IMG/VR virus record: IMGVR_UViG_3300045988_162231
Span: 1 to 15,233 of that record
DNA: 15,233 bases
Strand: one strand, 5' to 3'
Origin: a virus
The notes under the pieces were generated by a model. It saw only the letters and a list, made by a program, of their open reading frames with translations, was not told the DNA's origin and did not search any database. Numbering within the stretch: position 1 is the first letter of the stretch; each line of letters begins with the position of its first letter. Positions 14,358-15,233 of this stretch are shown here, piece after piece. Made by a program: the position numbers and the translations under genes.

Positions 14358-14668
14358 CCTTCTATATAATATAAGTTTAAAAATGATTTGTTTGTTATTT
14401 TACCATTAAAATTGTATTCTTTTTGTATATTTTCTTTTGCTGGCTTTAATGCTGTTGTCATCATATTTTCAATGTTCCTTGGACTTACAAAATATAATTC
14501 GGCAAGTTCTTTATAAAGGTCTTTTATAGTATATTTTGGTAGCATTGTTTTACCTTTTGTATATAGCATTAAGGCTGTATTCCAGATTATAAAACCTTTG
14601 CTATTAATATTAAAACCTAAGTTCTTTAAATAATCTGTATTTTCTAAATACTCTTTTGTTTTGCTCAA
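14354..14668 (-). CDS. Spo0A C-terminal-domain-like DNA-binding protein
   Basis: LKNLGFNINSKGFIIWNTALMLY...YTIKDLYKELAELYFVSPRNIENMMTTALKPAK...ITNKSFL resembles the Spo0A effector-domain pattern G....KG......A...(TK.LY..IA)...(E...AI..A)...(TN.EF). TTG 14668 behind aaaggggtgataaaa preferred over GTG 14677. Confidence 0.6.
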   Translation of the reverse strand: MSKTKEYLENTDYLKNLGFNINSKGFIIWNTALMLYTKGKTMLPKYTIKDLYKELAELYFVSPRNIENMMTTALKPAKENIQKEYNFNGKITNKSFLNLYYIEG

Positions 14669-14685
14669 TTTTATCACCCCTTTCT

Positions 14686-14714
14686 ATTATATCATATTTT
14701 ACAATACTATACAA
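14686..14714 (-). promoter_or_regulatory. Promoter upstream of the Spo0A_C-like gene
   Basis: Minus strand TTGTAT (14709-14714), 17-nt spacer ending in TGA (extended -10), TATAAT (14686-14691). Confidence 0.55.
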
Positions 14715-14719
14715 TACAT

Positions 14720-14881
14720 TTACATATATTTATCTATTAAATTATACATTATATATTTATATAAATTAAACTTAAATATCCTATAACTTATTAATTGTAT
14801 TGTCATAAATATAATAAAACCTATTAATAAATAAAATATTATAATTCCTGCATCAAATAATAAAATTGCTAATTTTTCCAT
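14720..14881 (-). CDS. Small hydrophobic, probable membrane protein, 53 aa (absent from the ORF track)
   Basis: RBS aaaggggtaataat then ATG 14881: MEKLAILLFDAGIIIFYLLIGFIIFMTIQLISYRIFKFNLYKYIMYNLIDKYM, TAA 14720-14722. First gene after the right ITR promoter. Confidence 0.6.
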   Translation of the reverse strand: MEKLAILLFDAGIIIFYLLIGFIIFMTIQLISYRIFKFNLYKYIMYNLIDKYM

Positions 14882-14906
14882 ATATTATTACCCCTTTCCT
14901 ATATTT

Positions 14907-15233
14907 CCTATATTATAACAAAAAATGATAAAAGTCAATAAAAAGAGTAAAAATAAATATTACAAATGTAATACATTGGCTTTACATAATATACTTTAGT
15001 TTACATAATATAGTTTTATGTAAACTTCTTATTTGTATTTTGTTAACTCGCTCTATCCCTTGGGGCTCTAGGCTTTTAGGCTTTTTGTAAAATAATAATA
15101 ATATTATGTTAACTTGAGTTATTTCCAGTTATTGTAAGCCTTGTAACCGTTACGGCTCTAAGGTTGCAGGTTTGCGTATGTTTGTTCGGTTTACATAATT
15201 GGGGAACATAAAAAGTTTATATAATGAACTCTT
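14907..15233 (-). repeat. Right inverted terminal repeat, 327 bp
   Basis: Reverse complement of 1-327; ends in ...tataatgaactctt, the complement of the first bases of the window. Confidence 0.97.
14912..14938 (-). promoter_or_regulatory. Mirror copy of the ITR promoter, reading inward (leftward arm)
   Basis: Same sequence by ITR identity, on the minus strand upstream of the 53-aa ORF at 14720-14881. Confidence 0.7.

Overview
The window looks like one complete, very compact (15,233 bp) linear phi29-like podovirus genome, probably from a low-GC Firmicute host. Both ends are bounded exactly by a 327-bp inverted terminal repeat (ITR; 1-327 and 14907-15233) that I compared base by base by eye. 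Rightward arm: SSB-like protein, putative terminal protein, protein-primed family B DNA polymerase, small HTH-like protein, packaging ATPase, a 42-aa ORF and the tail knob. Leftward arm from the right end: a 53-aa membrane ORF missing from the supplied track, a protein resembling the Spo0A C-terminal DNA-binding domain, two unknown small proteins, GH25 endolysin, M23 peptidase, holin, scaffold, major capsid protein with a C-terminal Big_2-like domain, portal, lower collar and two appendage proteins. The arms converge on a bidirectional terminator at about 6602-6627. The most interesting points are: (1) a promoter carried in each ITR, with the repeat ending at about the predicted transcription start; (2) a candidate ~80-nt small RNA in the convergent gap, with a TTGACA-17-TAATAT promoter and an intrinsic terminator; (3) a phage-encoded stand-alone Spo0A_C-like protein; (4) terminator/promoter punctuation between leftward gene blocks; (5) unlisted small ORFs; (6) an Asp-to-Glu change in polymerase motif Exo II. 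No integrase, tRNA, CRISPR or transposon was recognised.
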